Below, piece after piece: positions 31,930 to 43,285 of a stretch of 64,000 nt of DNA (positions within the stretch are counted from its first letter, which is position 1; the number at the start of each line of letters is the position of its first letter). The notes beneath the pieces were generated by a model. That model saw only the letters and a list, made by a program, of their open reading frames with translations. It had not been told where the DNA came from and ran no database searches. Source of the DNA: an uncultured Methanomicrobiales archaeon (GTDB lineage Archaea; Halobacteriota; Methanomicrobia; Methanomicrobiales; Methanospirillaceae); the NCBI GenBank assembly GCA_963697895.1, contig OY969100.1, positions 832,001-896,000 on the forward strand. The letters are read 5' to 3'. Made by a program: the position numbers and the translations under genes.

Positions 31930-32715
31930 ATGGACAAAAAAAAGGTCAGGGATTACATGACCTACGATGTCGTCACGGTCGATGTTCATGGGACGACCAG
32001 GGACGTCATCGAGAAGATCCAGAAAACGAACCATGACGGATTCCCGGTTGTCAACGAGGAAGAAGTTGTCGGTTATATTTCGGCCCGTGATCTTCTCTTT
32101 GTCCCACCGGGTACGCCGGTCGAAAACGTAATGTCCGATCATCTGATCGTCGCCGATCCGGATATGAGCATCAATGATGCAGCAAGGGTAATCTTCCGCT
32201 CGGGGATCCAGAAACTGCCGGTGGTGGATGAGAAAAACCATCTGCTCGGAATTATCTCCAACACCGATGTGATTCGTTCCCAGATAGAGCACGTCTCCCC
32301 GGAGAAGGTATTTAATTTCATGACGACACTGAAGAAACTCTATGGTGTCGAGCCTTCCCTGAAACGGGAGACCGTCTCGATCTCCGCCCTTCTCCCTACC
32401 CAGTCAAGAATTTATGAAGATGAGCTTGAAGGGAGAATGTATGAGATCAAAAAGGGGCTTGCAGAACCTCTGATCGTAGTCAGAAGACCTGGTAAGCTTA
32501 TCCTTGTGGATGGTCACCACCGGGCCATCGCCGCAAAAAAACTAGGCATACTCTCACTCGATGCATATGTGATCGAGATCGATGAGGAGATCGAACTCGG
32601 AATGGAACGGACCGCCCGCGCAATGAACCTCAAAACACTGGATGATATCCAGGTACTGGATTACGCACGGCATCCGCTCGTCGCCATCACTCACCGCCTG
32701 GTTCGCCGGGCCTAA
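31930..32715 (+). CDS. CBS-pair + ParB/Sulfiredoxin-like domain protein
   Basis: Two CBS motifs (YMT.DV.TV..FPVV; LPVVD..LGIIS..D) then PL.V....LVDGHHRA.AA. Confidence 0.88.
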   Translation: MDKKKVRDYMTYDVVTVDVHGTTRDVIEKIQKTNHDGFPVVNEEEVVGYISARDLLFVPPGTPVENVMSDHLIVADPDMSINDAARVIFRSGIQKLPVVDEKNHLLGIISNTDVIRSQIEHVSPEKVFNFMTTLKKLYGVEPSLKRETVSISALLPTQSRIYEDELEGRMYEIKKGLAEPLIVVRRPGKLILVDGHHRAIAAKKLGILSLDAYVIEIDEEIELGMERTARAMNLKTLDDIQVLDYARHPLVAITHRLVRRA

Positions 32716-33890
32716 GATCCTTCGCACCGGATATCGAACTTGTCGTTCAGAACGTGCTCTTTCACTACCGCCCGTTCCGGAACGACCACCTCGGGCCAGA
32801 TCCGGGTCTTCGAATGAACGACAACCCCGTCACGGAGAACAACACGGGGACCGATCACGGTATCGTTTTCTATGCTGCACCGGTCACCGATTATTGTATC
32901 ATTGTCAATGATACTCCCGCTTATCGTGGTATCCCGGCCGATAATCACCCGGTTGTAGATCGATGAGGAGAAGATCTTCGTGTGATTTTTTATCCGGCAA
33001 TTCTCACCGATGGTCGTATAGGGCCCGATGAGTACATTATCCCCGATACTCGTGCCCGCCCCTACCGCCACCGGACCGATCAATCGTGAATTCACGCCCA
33101 TAGAAACGGCATCTCCGAGCCAGACCGGCCCCTGGATGAGAGCCGCCTTGATGGTCAGGTCTCCGCTGATATGCGTGTACGGGAGATCCTGCAGTTTCCA
33201 GCGTTCTGCCTGGCGAAGGGAGGCGGGGCTTCCCACGTCCGTCCAGTTGCCCCGGGCAAGCCATCCCTTCAGGGTATACCCTTCGTTCATCAGGTGAGGA
33301 AAGAGGTCGCGGGCAAAATCGAACTTTTTCCCGGGGGGAATATGATCGAAGATCTCAGGACTACAGACATAAATGCCCGTGCTGGCGAGGTTCGAAAAGA
33401 TCTCTCCGGGCGCAGGCTTCTCCTTGAACCGCTTGATCTCGTAGTTTACGTCGATTTCCGCTATCCCGTATTCCTGCGGTTCGTCGATGCTGATCAACCC
33501 GATGGAGGTGATGGTCTGCCCCGACCGGTGTTCACGATAAAACTCGAGCAGATTCAGATCGGTCACATGGTCCCCACCGACGACGAGGAAGTCCTGTTCA
33601 TCAAGGTGTGACTGGGCGTTCTTGACGCTTCCTGCGGTACCCAGCTTTGTCTTTTCATGAACATAGGTGATCTCCACCCCGAACAGGGATCCGTCTCCCA
33701 GCGCATCCTCTATCGTTTCCGCCATGTAACCGAGGGTGACGATCACCTCGCGGAATCCGAGGTTGGAAAGATGTGATACCAGGTGCTGGATGGACGGCTG
33801 GTTGACGATCGGGATACAGGGTTTTGGGCGTTCGAAGGTAAGAGGCCGGAGCCTGGTCCCTTCACCCCCGCACATCACGCACACCTTCAT
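32712..33890 (-). CDS. NDP-sugar pyrophosphorylase with left-handed beta-helix
   Basis: GGEGTRLRPLT..PKP, LGTAG.V, EKP, W.DVG, hexapeptide repeats. Confidence 0.92.
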   Translation of the reverse strand: MKVCVMCGGEGTRLRPLTFERPKPCIPIVNQPSIQHLVSHLSNLGFREVIVTLGYMAETIEDALGDGSLFGVEITYVHEKTKLGTAGSVKNAQSHLDEQDFLVVGGDHVTDLNLLEFYREHRSGQTITSIGLISIDEPQEYGIAEIDVNYEIKRFKEKPAPGEIFSNLASTGIYVCSPEIFDHIPPGKKFDFARDLFPHLMNEGYTLKGWLARGNWTDVGSPASLRQAERWKLQDLPYTHISGDLTIKAALIQGPVWLGDAVSMGVNSRLIGPVAVGAGTSIGDNVLIGPYTTIGENCRIKNHTKIFSSSIYNRVIIGRDTTISGSIIDNDTIIGDRCSIENDTVIGPRVVLRDGVVVHSKTRIWPEVVVPERAVVKEHVLNDKFDIRCEGS

Positions 33891-34002
33891 GATGATGCAT
33901 ATGTACCGATCCCTTTTAACCGTAACGAGGTCCGGCATTCGCCATCCCCGGTGTCCGGAGGGGCAATGCTCATCTTCCCTGCTCTCTTATGTACTGTAAC
34001 CG

Positions 34003-34851
34003 ATGACCTCTTCCGATGGCACACCCCCGCCCAACAAACTCCATCTCTACCTTGCGATTTCTATTCCCGCGGTTTCTTTCGGCGGAATTTTGGTCGCCAT
34101 TGCACTCCAGCAGGGCGGCCAGATACCCGATGCCGGAAAGTTCGCTTGGGGATGTGTTGCAGGTTCCATCCTGCTCGCCTATCTTGCCTACATTAAACCC
34201 CGGAGAGATATCGTATCGCTCTGCGCTCCGCTGTATGCGCTCCTGATGTTTATTGCGCCTCTTGAGATCCAACCAAACCTGATTCTACAGGCGCTTTTTG
34301 CCGCAAGCCTTACCATTCTCGCAGTGCGGCTGCAATTGCGGTTTAGCACGCCTCCGCCTGATGAAGGAGATGAAGACCCCATGATACCGTTCCTCGATCA
34401 GTATATAGAACGAATCCGTCCCTTGTACCGGGACATGAAATCCGGGACCGCCCATGAGATCGCCACTGCCGTCCTCTCATTCAAGTTCGGCCTCCATAAC
34501 ATGGCAGCATCGGCAGCCGATACCGCTGCGCATGAGATGGGTGAAACGGAACCGGAACAGGTGCTCAAAAAAGCCCTTATGATCGTTCATGACAGGGCGA
34601 CAAACCTCGAGAATGCCGATGTGAGTACCCATACGAATATCTCTTTCGATCCATCGGAAGAGGCATATCTCGCGATCGTGCTCCCGCCCGAGAGGGTCGA
34701 GGACCCGGATACACTCAAGATCGAGAATGCGCTGTTGCTCCTCTATGCGGTCGCCTATACAACATCCCCCGAGGATGAACAGGCCCTTGACGAACATCAG
34801 AATTATGTCATCCAGATCATTCAGAATTATAAAGATGTCCTGAAATTATAA
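34003..34851 (+). CDS. Hypothetical membrane protein (about 4 TM plus soluble C-terminal domain)
   Basis: Long ORF filling the gap; hydrophobic N-terminal half. Confidence 0.75.
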   Translation: MTSSDGTPPPNKLHLYLAISIPAVSFGGILVAIALQQGGQIPDAGKFAWGCVAGSILLAYLAYIKPRRDIVSLCAPLYALLMFIAPLEIQPNLILQALFAASLTILAVRLQLRFSTPPPDEGDEDPMIPFLDQYIERIRPLYRDMKSGTAHEIATAVLSFKFGLHNMAASAADTAAHEMGETEPEQVLKKALMIVHDRATNLENADVSTHTNISFDPSEEAYLAIVLPPERVEDPDTLKIENALLLLYAVAYTTSPEDEQALDEHQNYVIQIIQNYKDVLKL

Positions 34852-34912
34852 CCCGGAAAGAACACTCTTTTTCTCCCAGATTTGACAAAAACGGGATGTA
34901 GCGGGGAGTTAT

Positions 34913-35233
34913 TTAGAGCGTGTCCAGACTCACACCGGTGAAGTCCTGCATGACTTCTCCGATCGTCTTTACGCCAAACGCCGTCTGAACCGTGTTCATA
35001 TCGAGCTGGATCGCCACATCACACATATAGTCGATGATATCGACGGAAAGTTCACGCTGTTGTTTGCTCTTCCTCAGCTGATCCACGAGAAAACTCTGCT
35101 TCTCAGGGGACTCCATCCGGAGTTTCGCGAGGCTGATCACACACATGTAGATGCGCGACAGGTTCCGGTCCGTTCCCGTGATGGTATCGAAGAAATTCCT
35201 GAGTACCTGGGCCTGAAAGACCTCTCCACTCAT
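34913..35233 (-). CDS. Hypothetical protein
   Basis: ATG start, upstream TTTAAATA (minus strand), protein-like composition. Confidence 0.72.
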   Translation of the reverse strand: MSGEVFQAQVLRNFFDTITGTDRNLSRIYMCVISLAKLRMESPEKQSFLVDQLRKSKQQRELSVDIIDYMCDVAIQLDMNTVQTAFGVKTIGEVMQDFTGVSLDTL

Positions 35234-35297
35234 ATTACTCAGCGTTATTAGTCTTGCTATTTAAATATTTCGCACTTTTCGGAATTTTAAACCCTGA

Positions 35298-36467
35298 TTA
35301 TTTGGCGGTACTGACAATCCTGATGATATCGCCGTCCTTAAGGGCATGGTTGTCCTTGACCCGCATCTTTGTGCGGGCATCAACGGCGTAGAGAAAACCC
35401 TTCCCGATATCCGTGTGTACCATAAACGCGAGGTCACGGGGTGTCGTACCCCTCTTCATCAGGAATGCATCCGGCAGGATCCTCCCCCGACTATCACTGA
35501 ACCGGTGCTCGTCCTCCACCGGATATACCACGATCTGATCCAGGAGGGTGAATACTGCGTGGTTGATCGCCTGTTGAACACCCGTTCCTCCATACCGGTG
35601 CATCAGATCCGCGATCTTCTGAAGACCAGCCCGCTGTGCATTGTTCAACACATCCTCCTTTTTAAGTGAAAATCCGGAATCCCCGGGTTCGTACGCGATC
35701 AGGCCTGTTTTGTCTGCATTCCGGAGGGCAAGTTCGCCCGCAGCACTGGCAAACAGGATTCCTCTTTGTTTCAGCTCTCCTGCCAGGGTTTCAGGGGCCT
35801 GGTCGATCTTGTTCCCGATGGTGATCATGGGTTTACTCATCGCGACGATCTGGGCAGAGAATTTTACCAGGTCTTCCGGTGACCCCCGAATAAGGTCGAT
35901 TCCACTCACGATCTCTGCATCCCTGACATCCTCCGGCGAGATCCCGAGTCCCGTAAAGGTCTCTGCCACCCCCTGATGTATGGAGTACGTTTTTGACTGC
36001 GCCTGTCGGAGGAGTTTCGCCCAGTGCTTTTCGAGGATTCCAAATATCCACATGGTCATCTCGAACGTGAGAAACGCAACGTCAACCATAGGGTCATGGG
36101 AACCGATCTCCACCGGATTTCCCTCGGTATCCGTGGATCCGCTCGCATCCACGATATGGAGGATGGCATCTGCCTGTCTTAAATGGTCGAGGAACTGGTT
36201 TCCGAGTCCTCTTCCCTTATGAGCGTCCGGGACAAGTCCCGCGACATCGATCATGTTCACCGGGACATAGCGGTTCCCATCCCGGCACTCGGTGCAGACC
36301 AGCCCGAGTTCCCGGCATGGACAGCGGCTGCGGACAAAGGCGACACCAAAGTTTGCATCGATCGTGGTGAACGGATAATTCGCTATCTCCGCATGGGCCA
36401 TCGTCGCCGCCCTGAAAAATGTCGATTTTCCGCAATTGGGTTTTCCTGCAAGGGCAAGCGTAATCAT
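35298..36467 (-). CDS. ychF: YchF/Obg-family ATPase/GTPase
   Basis: GKPNCGKST, YPFTTI, DVAGL...AH.G.GLGN.FL, NK.D, C-terminal TGS domain. Confidence 0.93.
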   Translation of the reverse strand: MITLALAGKPNCGKSTFFRAATMAHAEIANYPFTTIDANFGVAFVRSRCPCRELGLVCTECRDGNRYVPVNMIDVAGLVPDAHKGRGLGNQFLDHLRQADAILHIVDASGSTDTEGNPVEIGSHDPMVDVAFLTFEMTMWIFGILEKHWAKLLRQAQSKTYSIHQGVAETFTGLGISPEDVRDAEIVSGIDLIRGSPEDLVKFSAQIVAMSKPMITIGNKIDQAPETLAGELKQRGILFASAAGELALRNADKTGLIAYEPGDSGFSLKKEDVLNNAQRAGLQKIADLMHRYGGTGVQQAINHAVFTLLDQIVVYPVEDEHRFSDSRGRILPDAFLMKRGTTPRDLAFMVHTDIGKGFLYAVDARTKMRVKDNHALKDGDIIRIVSTAK

Positions 36468-36508
36468 AACAATTCCCTTAAATGATAGGACTCTATTAAA
36501 ATGTTATT

Positions 36509-37099
36509 ATGTCATTTGTCAAAAGAATTACCTACTATTTTGATACGCCGGGACCGGGAAATACCGAAGATGCTGCCCGGTTTGCAGTGGATCGCGCCCG
36601 GGAGCTCGGGATACAGACGATCGTCGTGGCCAGTACGTCGGGGGAAACAGCGCTGAAATTTCTTGACGCCATATCCGGGACCGGTCTTCATCTCGTGGTG
36701 GTAACTCATGTCGTGGGATTTTCGAAACCCGGTGTATGGGAATTTTCTCAGGCAACCGCAGGAACGCTCCGGAACGCCGGGGCGGTGATCGTTACCGGAA
36801 CGCATACGCTCTCCGGGCTGGAACGTGCCATGTCCCGGTCGCCAAGGATCGGCGGGGGCTCCCGCACCGAAGCCATCGCGGAAGCCCTTCGCCGTGTCGT
36901 TGCCGTCGGGCTGAAGGTCGCGATCGAATGCGTATTGATTGCGACGGACCAGGGAGTTCTCCCGATCGACAAGGAAGTTGTGGCTGCAGGCGGTACGGGA
37001 AGCGGTACAGATACTATATGCGTTATCCGCCCATCCTATACCGCGTCCTTCTTTGACCTCCAGGTCCGGGAGATCGTGGCGATGCCGCGGGAACGATAG
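36509..37099 (+). CDS. Pyruvate kinase C-terminal-like alpha/beta domain protein
   Basis: YF..PG..NT, VVAST.G.TA, G.KV..E....A.D.G, GG...G.DT. Confidence 0.85.
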   Translation: MSFVKRITYYFDTPGPGNTEDAARFAVDRARELGIQTIVVASTSGETALKFLDAISGTGLHLVVVTHVVGFSKPGVWEFSQATAGTLRNAGAVIVTGTHTLSGLERAMSRSPRIGGGSRTEAIAEALRRVVAVGLKVAIECVLIATDQGVLPIDKEVVAAGGTGSGTDTICVIRPSYTASFFDLQVREIVAMPRER

Positions 37100-37100
37100 G

Positions 37101-37941
37101 ATGCTCTTCGAAGCACTCCGTAACGCGCTCTCCGGCATGATCCGGATGCCAGTACTCTGGCTGGCCGGACTCTTCCTCGGGTTCTTCGTTATGGGCGATC
37201 TGATGCTGGAATATTACAGCGGGTTCTTCCTGGCAGGAAAACTCTGGATCATAGGAATCATCATTCTTCCCCTGTTCATCGCCGGAATGCTCCATTCTAT
37301 CAAATCGGGTGACCCGGGATTCGGGCCATTCTTCAGGGAAGGGATGAAGAGATACTTCCGTGTCCTTCTTCCCGGCCTTATCATCCTGTTTGTGGCTTTG
37401 GTCACTATAGGACTCATCATTCTCGGCCTTACCCTGATAGGAATAGGGCCCGGAAGCGGCGTGACGATCATCCCTATCGCCGGAGTGATCATACCATTCA
37501 TTTTCTTTACGATCTTTTACGATACTGTTGCCGTCTTTGAGGATAAACCGGCATTCGAGTCGATCAGAAGAAGCGTTGAGATCGTTCTCTCTCGTCCGGG
37601 GCCGGTTCTGGTCTTCTTTATCTCCATCCTGATCGTCGTATTCGGCGTCACTTTTTTACTCCTGATTATATGGAGACTCCCTTCTCTTCACGCGGCTCGA
37701 GCTGCTTACGACCTGGAACACAACCCAGATCGAAGCACTGACCCCCGATGCATTCATCGGTCTCCTCGGGACAGATGGGATATGGATCACCGCAATCCTG
37801 GTCGCAGTGGGGCTTATCCTGCTGGTCACCTTCTGTTATGTATTCAAAGCATACGTATACCGGGCAATAGCTCCCGCTACGGTCGTTCCGGAACAGGAAG
37901 CCGGAGAATATGACAGCAAAGGCCGCTGGTACAAATATTAA
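37101..37941 (+). CDS. Multi-pass membrane protein with an apparent +1 frameshift near 37675
   Basis: MLFEALRN.. TM helices; the shifted frame continues with a TM helix and ends GEYDSKGRWYKY* (TAA 37939-37941). Confidence 0.75.
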
Positions 37942-38073
37942 TATTTTTTCCCGGGACGGAATAAGGCGGGTTTTCGCACAGGTAAAAAAAGATGCGTTAG
38001 AGTATCGAGATTTTCGGATCCCGTTTTTTACGGTAATCATCACCCGAATAGGTGAATAACCAACCCGAATTTC

Positions 38074-39270
38074 TCAGAAGAACATAAAAATCGCCATCGC
38101 AAACAGACCCCCGCCAAGGGTCGCCAGCACATTTGTACCGGCATTCCCGATCCATCCCCTGTTTTCGATCACTGCCCCGATCAGGCTGTCGATGTTTGTC
38201 CCGACGAACCCGGCTGCGATACCTATACCAATCATGAACGGGCTGATTACCCCGAGATAGTAGGCCACGACCGTGACGATTATGGCACTGATCAGGGCAG
38301 ACATCTCTCCCAGCACGGTTATCCCACCATTGGTTCCTGCAGGAACCCGTTTCAGGGTTGTGATCATGTAGGGTGTTCCTCCCGTAACACCGATCTCGCT
38401 TGCTACCGTATCAGCGGTAGCAGTTGCGACACTTCCCATGAAAAGAGCGATGAAGAGTGGGGAAGCGGTCAGCCCATATAACACGGCGGCAGACGCGGAA
38501 ACGATCCCGTTTGCAAATACGTTCCGGTAACCACGGGCGCCCCCATGTGATTGTTCCACGCCCATATGCTCCTTTTCGAAAAAACGATATCTCGTGGCAG
38601 CTGATCCGAGGATGAAGAACGTAAGCATTACCAGGAACCACTGAACACTCGCAAACACGATCAGGATAATTCCAATCAATGCTGCGGAGAATAGCCCGGA
38701 GAGATCGGCTGTCCGCATTTTGTAAGAAAAATAGCCAAAGCCAAATGCGATGACAACGGCAACTGCGATCAGGATCAGTTCGGCCTGATAATTCAGTTCT
38801 TCGATCAGAAACATGATCATCGCCACCCCCAGCGCCTCGATCATCAGCGCGTCATCCCGTTCCCGAAGGATGGCTTTCAGCATGACCGCAACAACGATAC
38901 CGAGCAGGATTGCGAGGGGAGCCGGATGATTGAGATAAATCGTGATAAGGCCGCAACTCACCGCAGCGGCAGCGATGTATGCGATATAGGAGTATGGTTC
39001 CCCGCCGGTCATCCGGAAGGCAAGCTCGCCGAATATGATGATTGCCAGTGTGCAGGAGAATACGAGGAGCGGAAGAAATGCGAAGGCATAGAGAATAGCG
39101 ATGACGGCCATTGCATATGATATATACTTTGTTTTTTCGAACGAATAGAGGAGGATCGAGAAGACCAGGACCACGATCGAGAGGAACCAGGGAGGCTGGA
39201 TAAAGGGCGCAATTAATATAAACGCAAGTGCGAGGACTGCGGCAAGCCAGAGACCTGGTTGGGCCTTCAT
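38074..39270 (-). CDS. DUF92/TIGR00297 membrane protein
   Basis: R...NV.ANG, A.ADT.ASEIG, ITT...V..GT.GG.T..G, DS..GA..E. Confidence 0.9.
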   Translation of the reverse strand: MKAQPGLWLAAVLALAFILIAPFIQPPWFLSIVVLVFSILLYSFEKTKYISYAMAVIAILYAFAFLPLLVFSCTLAIIIFGELAFRMTGGEPYSYIAYIAAAAVSCGLITIYLNHPAPLAILLGIVVAVMLKAILRERDDALMIEALGVAMIMFLIEELNYQAELILIAVAVVIAFGFGYFSYKMRTADLSGLFSAALIGIILIVFASVQWFLVMLTFFILGSAATRYRFFEKEHMGVEQSHGGARGYRNVFANGIVSASAAVLYGLTASPLFIALFMGSVATATADTVASEIGVTGGTPYMITTLKRVPAGTNGGITVLGEMSALISAIIVTVVAYYLGVISPFMIGIGIAAGFVGTNIDSLIGAVIENRGWIGNAGTNVLATLGGGLFAMAIFMFF

Positions 39271-39407
39271 GTGGATCATCATCTGTTTTTTCTCTGGAAG
39301 AAGTTTCTTGTTTCATTTGTTCAGAAAGGAACCGGCCTGTTTCACGAATTTGAACCCTGTTACCGGACTCGAACAGTATATCTGATGAAAAAACAAACAG
39401 ATAATGA

Positions 39408-42002
39408 ATGTCATCATCACCGGAACTCCCGAAGACCTATGATTTTGCTGAGGTCGAGCGGCGGTGGCAGCACACATGGCGCGATCGGGATAATTATTTC
39501 GATCAGAATTCTTCCAGACCACGGTTCATCATTGATACCCCTCCACCGTACCCGACAGGGAACTTCCACATCGGCAACGCTCTCAATTGGTGTTATATCG
39601 ATTTTATTGCGCGATACAAACGGATGAACGGATATAATGTGATGTTTCCCCAGGGATGGGACTGTCACGGGCTCCCGACCGAGGTGAAAGTGGAGGAGAT
39701 CCACGGGATCACCAAGAATGATCTCCCGCGGGAACAGTTCCGACAGATGTGCCGGGATCTGACACTCGGGAACATCGAGAAGATGCGGAGGACGCTCCGG
39801 CAACTTGGGTTCTCGGTAGACTGGTCCAACGAATACATCACAATGATGCCGCAATATTACAAAAAGACCCAGCTCTCTTTTCTCCGTATGCTCGCCGACG
39901 GCTATATCTATCAGAGTGAACATCCGGTTAACTTCTGTACCCGGTGCGAGACTGCGATCGCCTTTGCGGAAGTCGCGTATGACGACCGGGAAACGAAACT
40001 GAATTATTTTGACTTTGACGGCCTTGAGATCGCAACCACCCGCCCCGAGCTCCTCGCCGCGTGTGTGGCGGTTGCGGTGCACCCGGAGGACCCGCGATAC
40101 CGGGATCTGAAGGGGAAGACTCTGCAGGTCCCTATCTTCCAACATCGGGTGCCGGTCATAACTGATACAGCCGTAGATCCGGCTTTCGGGTCAGGGGCGG
40201 TGATGATCTGCACGTTTGGGGATAAACAGGATGTCCACTGGTGGAAACAGCATAACCTCGAGCTCCGGAAAGCGGTCGACCGCGGTGGGAGGATGACATC
40301 AATCGCGGGCAGGTATACGGGGCTTCGTTCCGATGAGTGCCGTGCGGCCATCCTGGCAGATATGGAAATGGCAGGGACCCTGAAACGGCAGGAACCCCTC
40401 GGGCAACGGGTAGGCGCCTGCTGGCGATGCAGGACGCCGATCGAGATTATGAGCGAGCGGCAATGGTTTGTCAGGATAAAACCGCAGGAGATTCTGGATG
40501 CTGCGCAGGATATCCACTGGACGCCTGACCATATGCTCCTCCGGATGGAGAATTGGGTGGAGCAGATGGAATGGGACTGGTGCATCTCCCGGCAGCGGAT
40601 CTTTGCCACGCCCATCCCGGTCTGGTTCTGCAGCCGGTGCGGAGGGATGGTACTTCCCGCTGAGGAGGAACTGCCCGTCGATCCGACGGTCGACCGGCCA
40701 AAACGACCTTGTCCGGCATGCGGATCGGACCAGTTCACCGGGGAGGAGGATGTTTTGGATACATGGATGGACTCCTCCATCTCGGTCCTCAATGTGACCG
40801 GGTGGGACGGAAACGGGGTAACTCCTCTCCTCCCGGCCCAGCTCCGGCCGCAGGGTCACGACATAATCCGGACCTGGGCATTTTACACCATCCTCCGCTC
40901 GGTTGCGCTCACCGGGAAGAAACCCTGGGATGAGATCCTGGTCAACGGTATGGTCCTCGGGGAGGACGGGTACAAGATGAGCAAGAGCCGGGGAAACATC
41001 ATTGCTCCGGAGGAGATCGTGGTAAAATATGGTGCAGATGCGTTCCGACAGTGGGGAGCTTCCGGGGCCGCAACCGGTTCGGACATCATGTTCAACTGGA
41101 ACGATGTCATCTCCGCCTCCCGTTTTGAGACAAAGATGTGGAACATTGCACGGTTTGTCCTCCTTCAGCTGGAAAAGCGGGAGTTTTCCCCCGATGCACC
41201 GGTCACCGCCCTTGCCGACCGCTGGCTGAAGGAGCGACTCTCAACGACCATATCCGAGGTGACCACTGCAATGGAGAGCTACCAGTTTGACCGGTCCCTC
41301 AAGGCGATCCGGGAATTTGCATGGGATATATTCGCCGACAACTACATCGAGCTTGTTAAGGGAAGGCTCTATTCCGACGATGAAGGAAGGGATGGCGCAT
41401 GCCGTGTGCTCGCTGATGCATACGATGCGCTCTGCCGGATGCTTGCACCATTCACCCCGTATTTTGCCGAAGAATGTTATTCGTACCTGAACAAGGGGAG
41501 TGTCCATGCACAGTCCTGGCCGCAGCCAACCGGAAGGGATGAAACGGCGATGCGTGAAGGGGATATGCTCACTCAGGTGGTGGCGGAGGTGCGGCGGTAC
41601 AAACATGAACAGGGTCTTGCGCTCAATGCTCCGCTCGGCAGGGTAACGATCTTTGTGCCACACACGATCGATGACAAAGGGGATGCATCGAGAACACTGA
41701 ATGCAGAGGTACGCTGGCGTTCCGATACCGCACGCCTCGATCGGGTCGCGCGGGACATCTCGTTCGATATGTCGGTGATCGGGCCTTCCCTTCGAAACCG
41801 GGCGCAGGGTTTCATGGCCGCGGTCCGCGCCTTACCGCCGGAAGAGCTGGAGAATCCACCGGATACCGTGACCGTAGACGGCGAGAAGATTGGGGTGCCT
41901 CCCGGGGCATTCTACCCGGTCTTTTCCTATATGGAAGAAGGATCGCTGGTCGATCTGATTATGGTCGGTGACGTGATCGTGACGATTCAGAAAGTGTCCT
42001 GA
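39408..42002 (+). CDS. valS: Valyl-tRNA synthetase
   Basis: [36 protein letters not shown]. Confidence 0.97.
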   Translation: MSSSPELPKTYDFAEVERRWQHTWRDRDNYFDQNSSRPRFIIDTPPPYPTGNFHIGNALNWCYIDFIARYKRMNGYNVMFPQGWDCHGLPTEVKVEEIHGITKNDLPREQFRQMCRDLTLGNIEKMRRTLRQLGFSVDWSNEYITMMPQYYKKTQLSFLRMLADGYIYQSEHPVNFCTRCETAIAFAEVAYDDRETKLNYFDFDGLEIATTRPELLAACVAVAVHPEDPRYRDLKGKTLQVPIFQHRVPVITDTAVDPAFGSGAVMICTFGDKQDVHWWKQHNLELRKAVDRGGRMTSIAGRYTGLRSDECRAAILADMEMAGTLKRQEPLGQRVGACWRCRTPIEIMSERQWFVRIKPQEILDAAQDIHWTPDHMLLRMENWVEQMEWDWCISRQRIFATPIPVWFCSRCGGMVLPAEEELPVDPTVDRPKRPCPACGSDQFTGEEDVLDTWMDSSISVLNVTGWDGNGVTPLLPAQLRPQGHDIIRTWAFYTILRSVALTGKKPWDEILVNGMVLGEDGYKMSKSRGNIIAPEEIVVKYGADAFRQWGASGAATGSDIMFNWNDVISASRFETKMWNIARFVLLQLEKREFSPDAPVTALADRWLKERLSTTISEVTTAMESYQFDRSLKAIREFAWDIFADNYIELVKGRLYSDDEGRDGACRVLADAYDALCRMLAPFTPYFAEECYSYLNKGSVHAQSWPQPTGRDETAMREGDMLTQVVAEVRRYKHEQGLALNAPLGRVTIFVPHTIDDKGDASRTLNAEVRWRSDTARLDRVARDISFDMSVIGPSLRNRAQGFMAAVRALPPEELENPPDTVTVDGEKIGVPPGAFYPVFSYMEEGSLVDLIMVGDVIVTIQKVS

Positions 42003-42576
42003 TTGTGTCGGCAGTGAACCGGTGAATCTCTGCTTCTTCTTTTAACGCATCCACGATGATGAACCGGCCCGGTTCACGGGCAGCAAGGTTCAGATATGCA
42101 TCCTGTACCCGTTTGAGTATATCCGCCCGCTCAAAGTGCTCGAGCGGGGTGGGTTTGTGCAGCCGCGAGAGCGCCACCTCGATCGGGAGCACCAGAAGGA
42201 ATGTATGATCCGGGGGGATTGTCCATCCGTTATGGAGCGCCCGGAGCCATAAGAGGGGGTCGGGGAGTTGCCCTTCGAGCGTGACGGACTGGTATGCATA
42301 CCGGCTGTCGGAGTACCGGTCGGATATGATCAGGTCGCCACGGGCGATCCCGGGACGGATGATCGAAGCGACATGGGCTGCATGATCTGCGGTGAAAAGG
42401 AGCGCTTCGGTGATCGGGTCCATCTCCTGGGCAATAGCCCTCCGGACCTGGTCCCCGACCCATGTCGCTCCCGGTTCGCGGGTGATGACCGGGTGGAGAT
42501 CTGCAAGAAGCGGCCCGAGAGAACTGACAAGACTTGATTTGCCACTCCCGTCGATTCCCTCTATGGTGATCAGCAC
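41959..42576 (-). CDS. tmk: Thymidylate kinase
   Basis: [21 protein letters not shown]. Confidence 0.95.
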   Translation of the reverse strand: MLITIEGIDGSGKSSLVSSLGPLLADLHPVITREPGATWVGDQVRRAIAQEMDPITEALLFTADHAAHVASIIRPGIARGDLIISDRYSDSRYAYQSVTLEGQLPDPLLWLRALHNGWTIPPDHTFLLVLPIEVALSRLHKPTPLEHFERADILKRVQDAYLNLAAREPGRFIIVDALKEEAEIHRFTADTIRTLSESSRSRHRP

Positions 42577-43241
42577 ACGAATCCTCTCCGTATGGCATCC
42601 AGCGGAATCGCGCCGGTATGGACACCAGTGGCGATGATCGCCCCGTCAAAGCCGGCATCTGCGAGGGCTTCGATATCGTGCATCGTAGCCACTCCCCCTC
42701 CGTAGAAAAGAGGTTTGCGGTATGCTCTCCTCAACTCCCCGAGCCGTTCTCCTCCAACACCGCTTCCGGTGCCGACGGCACTGATATTAAGGATTATACA
42801 GCCGTTGAATCCCATTTTTTCCACCAATTCAAGGGACCTGACTGGATCTTCCCCGGTGGGGATAATATGGCCGCCTTTCACATCGAGACTCAGGTATCCG
42901 CCGGTATAGGCCGAAAGGTCTGTTCCTCCGGTCTCTGTCCCGATGACATTGATTACCCGGTCGTTGGTAAGGAGATCAGAAGGAGATCTGCTCCCCCGGT
43001 CCACATAGCATTGTTCGACAAGCCGTGAGCATGCGATGATCTCCCGGATATTATCTCCTGTTCCTTCTATCCGGTCGAGGTCGGCGATATAGAGGAACCG
43101 GGGACGGATATGGTTGATAAATGCATCCGGAACCGCTGAAGGTGCCGCCCCCCAGACGAGGGGACGGTAGCCGGCCCGCTCACCACGGCTCCCATGCACA
43201 ACAGTCCCTGATTTCAAATCCATTGCAAGAATCAGCTGCAT
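42570..43241 (-). CDS. HisA/HisF-related TIM-barrel protein
   Basis: A.DL..G.VVHG..G.R..Y.P, YIADLD.I.G, GTET, VG.G.G, GGG. Confidence 0.85.
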   Translation of the reverse strand: MQLILAMDLKSGTVVHGSRGERAGYRPLVWGAAPSAVPDAFINHIRPRFLYIADLDRIEGTGDNIREIIACSRLVEQCYVDRGSRSPSDLLTNDRVINVIGTETGGTDLSAYTGGYLSLDVKGGHIIPTGEDPVRSLELVEKMGFNGCIILNISAVGTGSGVGGERLGELRRAYRKPLFYGGGVATMHDIEALADAGFDGAIIATGVHTGAIPLDAIRRGFVC

Positions 43242-43285
43242 CTCTCTAACGTAATCACTATTAGGATAAAAGATCATTAAGTTTT

